64,000 nucleotides of DNA, from positions 110,176,001-110,240,000 of the forward strand of contig CM059432.1 in NCBI GenBank assembly GCA_030390025.1. The letters run 5' to 3'. Source of the stretch: Squalus acanthias. Lineage: Eukaryota. The position numbers and the translations under genes were made by a program. The notes under the pieces were generated by a model that was not told the origin of the DNA, searched no databases, and saw only the letters and a list, made by a program, of their open reading frames with translations. This document shows positions 62,926 to 64,000 of the stretch, piece after piece; position 1 is the stretch's first letter; every line of letters begins with the position of its first letter.

Positions 62926-64000
62926 ATCTTCTATGTTTCTAAGGTAAGTCCCGGGGGTGGGAGGTGGTGCAGGGCTGGTGAGACGGTAATGGGGGGCGGG
63001 GGGGGGGAGCGCAGCTGGCATTCACGAGTACTGTGGAATCGGAGGGAGCACTCCTGCACCTTCTGGCTTAAACTTAGGCCTGCAGCGACCGCTTAGAAAA
63101 CCCGGAGCCTTTTCCGCACATCCTAATCCAATTTTGTAGTGGGGACTCCGCATTTACATATGTAAGGGGTGCAACGCTTGTTTTAGACGGCTGCAAGAGA
63201 TGCCTGAAAAATGGCCTGACTCAATATCGGGATGGACGCCTTCCAGGCATCGTTGGGACGCAGGACGCTGGTGCCCGAAATTGGCCCTCATTGCCCCTGC
63301 AAAATAACTAGGTTCAATTTCTTGGCACTGAATATGCATTAACATTAGAAAGGCTGTGACCATGATGCAGAGAGATTTCTGAATCCAAGTGCTGTGTTAA
63401 ACCCCGTGGAGACCTGGTTTGTTTGCGGGTTATATTGTGAATGTAAGCTTCTGTAGTGATGGATATACTCTGGTTTTGTATTAGTTGGACAGTTGGTTTG
63501 TTCTTCCTCGCTAATAAGGAAATGAACTAATGTAATGTTTAATTGTAGCAAGGTCTCAAGGTCTAAGTATTAAGCTCGGATCCACCCACGAGTGCTGAAA
63601 AATAACAGCTAACTACTGCTGAGGGCAAAATATCAGATAACCAATGGTGTTGCAGTAGTTATTTTATAGAAGATTTTGGAAACCTGGATTTCAATCAAAA
63701 TTCTATTCACATTTTACTAAAATTGGGAAATGAAAGTAAAGGCCCAGAAAGAGCTCACATTATATAGTGCCTTGCATAGGACATCCCAAAATCCTTACAA
63801 CCAATGAATTACTTAGTTACAGTGCAGTCACACTTATATTAGGCAAATCCAGCAGCCAATTGCATGCAGCAAAGTTCACAAACAACAGGGTAAAATCTTT
63901 TGTTGATTATAATAAATAAAACACCACCACTGTGAAGCTAATGGAGCAAGCCAGGAGTGGGACTACTTTCAAAGGGGCTTTTTCTTACTTCTCTGTTGGG

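Larger units (their letters stand above)
55849..62940 (+). mobile_element. CR1 (same family as 22700) from just before ORF1 to the tail; body 55849-60181, last tail nucleotides 62926-62940
   Basis: Closely similar to 23140-27143. ORF1 is interrupted by a SINE, and the tail cctat|cttctatgtttcta is interrupted by an antisense CR1. Confidence 0.93.
55667..63328. mobile_element. Harbinger-type MITE (55667-55848 plus 62947-63328) carrying a 7-kb CR1/SINE/CR1 nest
   Basis: Ends gggctgagaaattg / caatttcttggcac are complementary CpG-decay products of GCCGAGAAATTG. The internal duplication tctaaggta lies at 55840-55848 and 62938-62946. Confidence 0.75.

Overview
Eukaryotic genomic DNA, almost certainly from a cartilaginous fish (shark-type V-SINE/HE1-like, DeuSINE-like and CR1 families; this is inferred from the repeats). 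The window appears to lie inside one host gene on the minus strand, OXR1 (TLDc family). Two canonical exons are visible (43729-43561 and 13336-13174), joined in frame across a 30.2-kb intron. Most of the rest is deeply nested transposable elements: many CR1 LINEs (one with an intact 983-aa ORF2, two near-full-length decayed copies), three two-gene PIF/Harbinger relics (DDE transposase plus Myb/SANT gene), Harbinger- and hAT-type MITEs, L2 LINEs, tRNA-derived SINEs, and a palindromic Penelope-type insert carrying two hammerhead-ribozyme motifs. Most notable: all four CR1 ORF1/ORF2 junctions, from three families, have the slippery heptamer T_TTA_AAC immediately before the ORF1 stop, with ORF2 in the -1 frame, and one family has no shared AUG ahead of the endonuclease. 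This suggests programmed -1 ribosomal frameshifting. Two candidate alternative OXR1 exons are also flagged. All calls are by eye; no database search was run.
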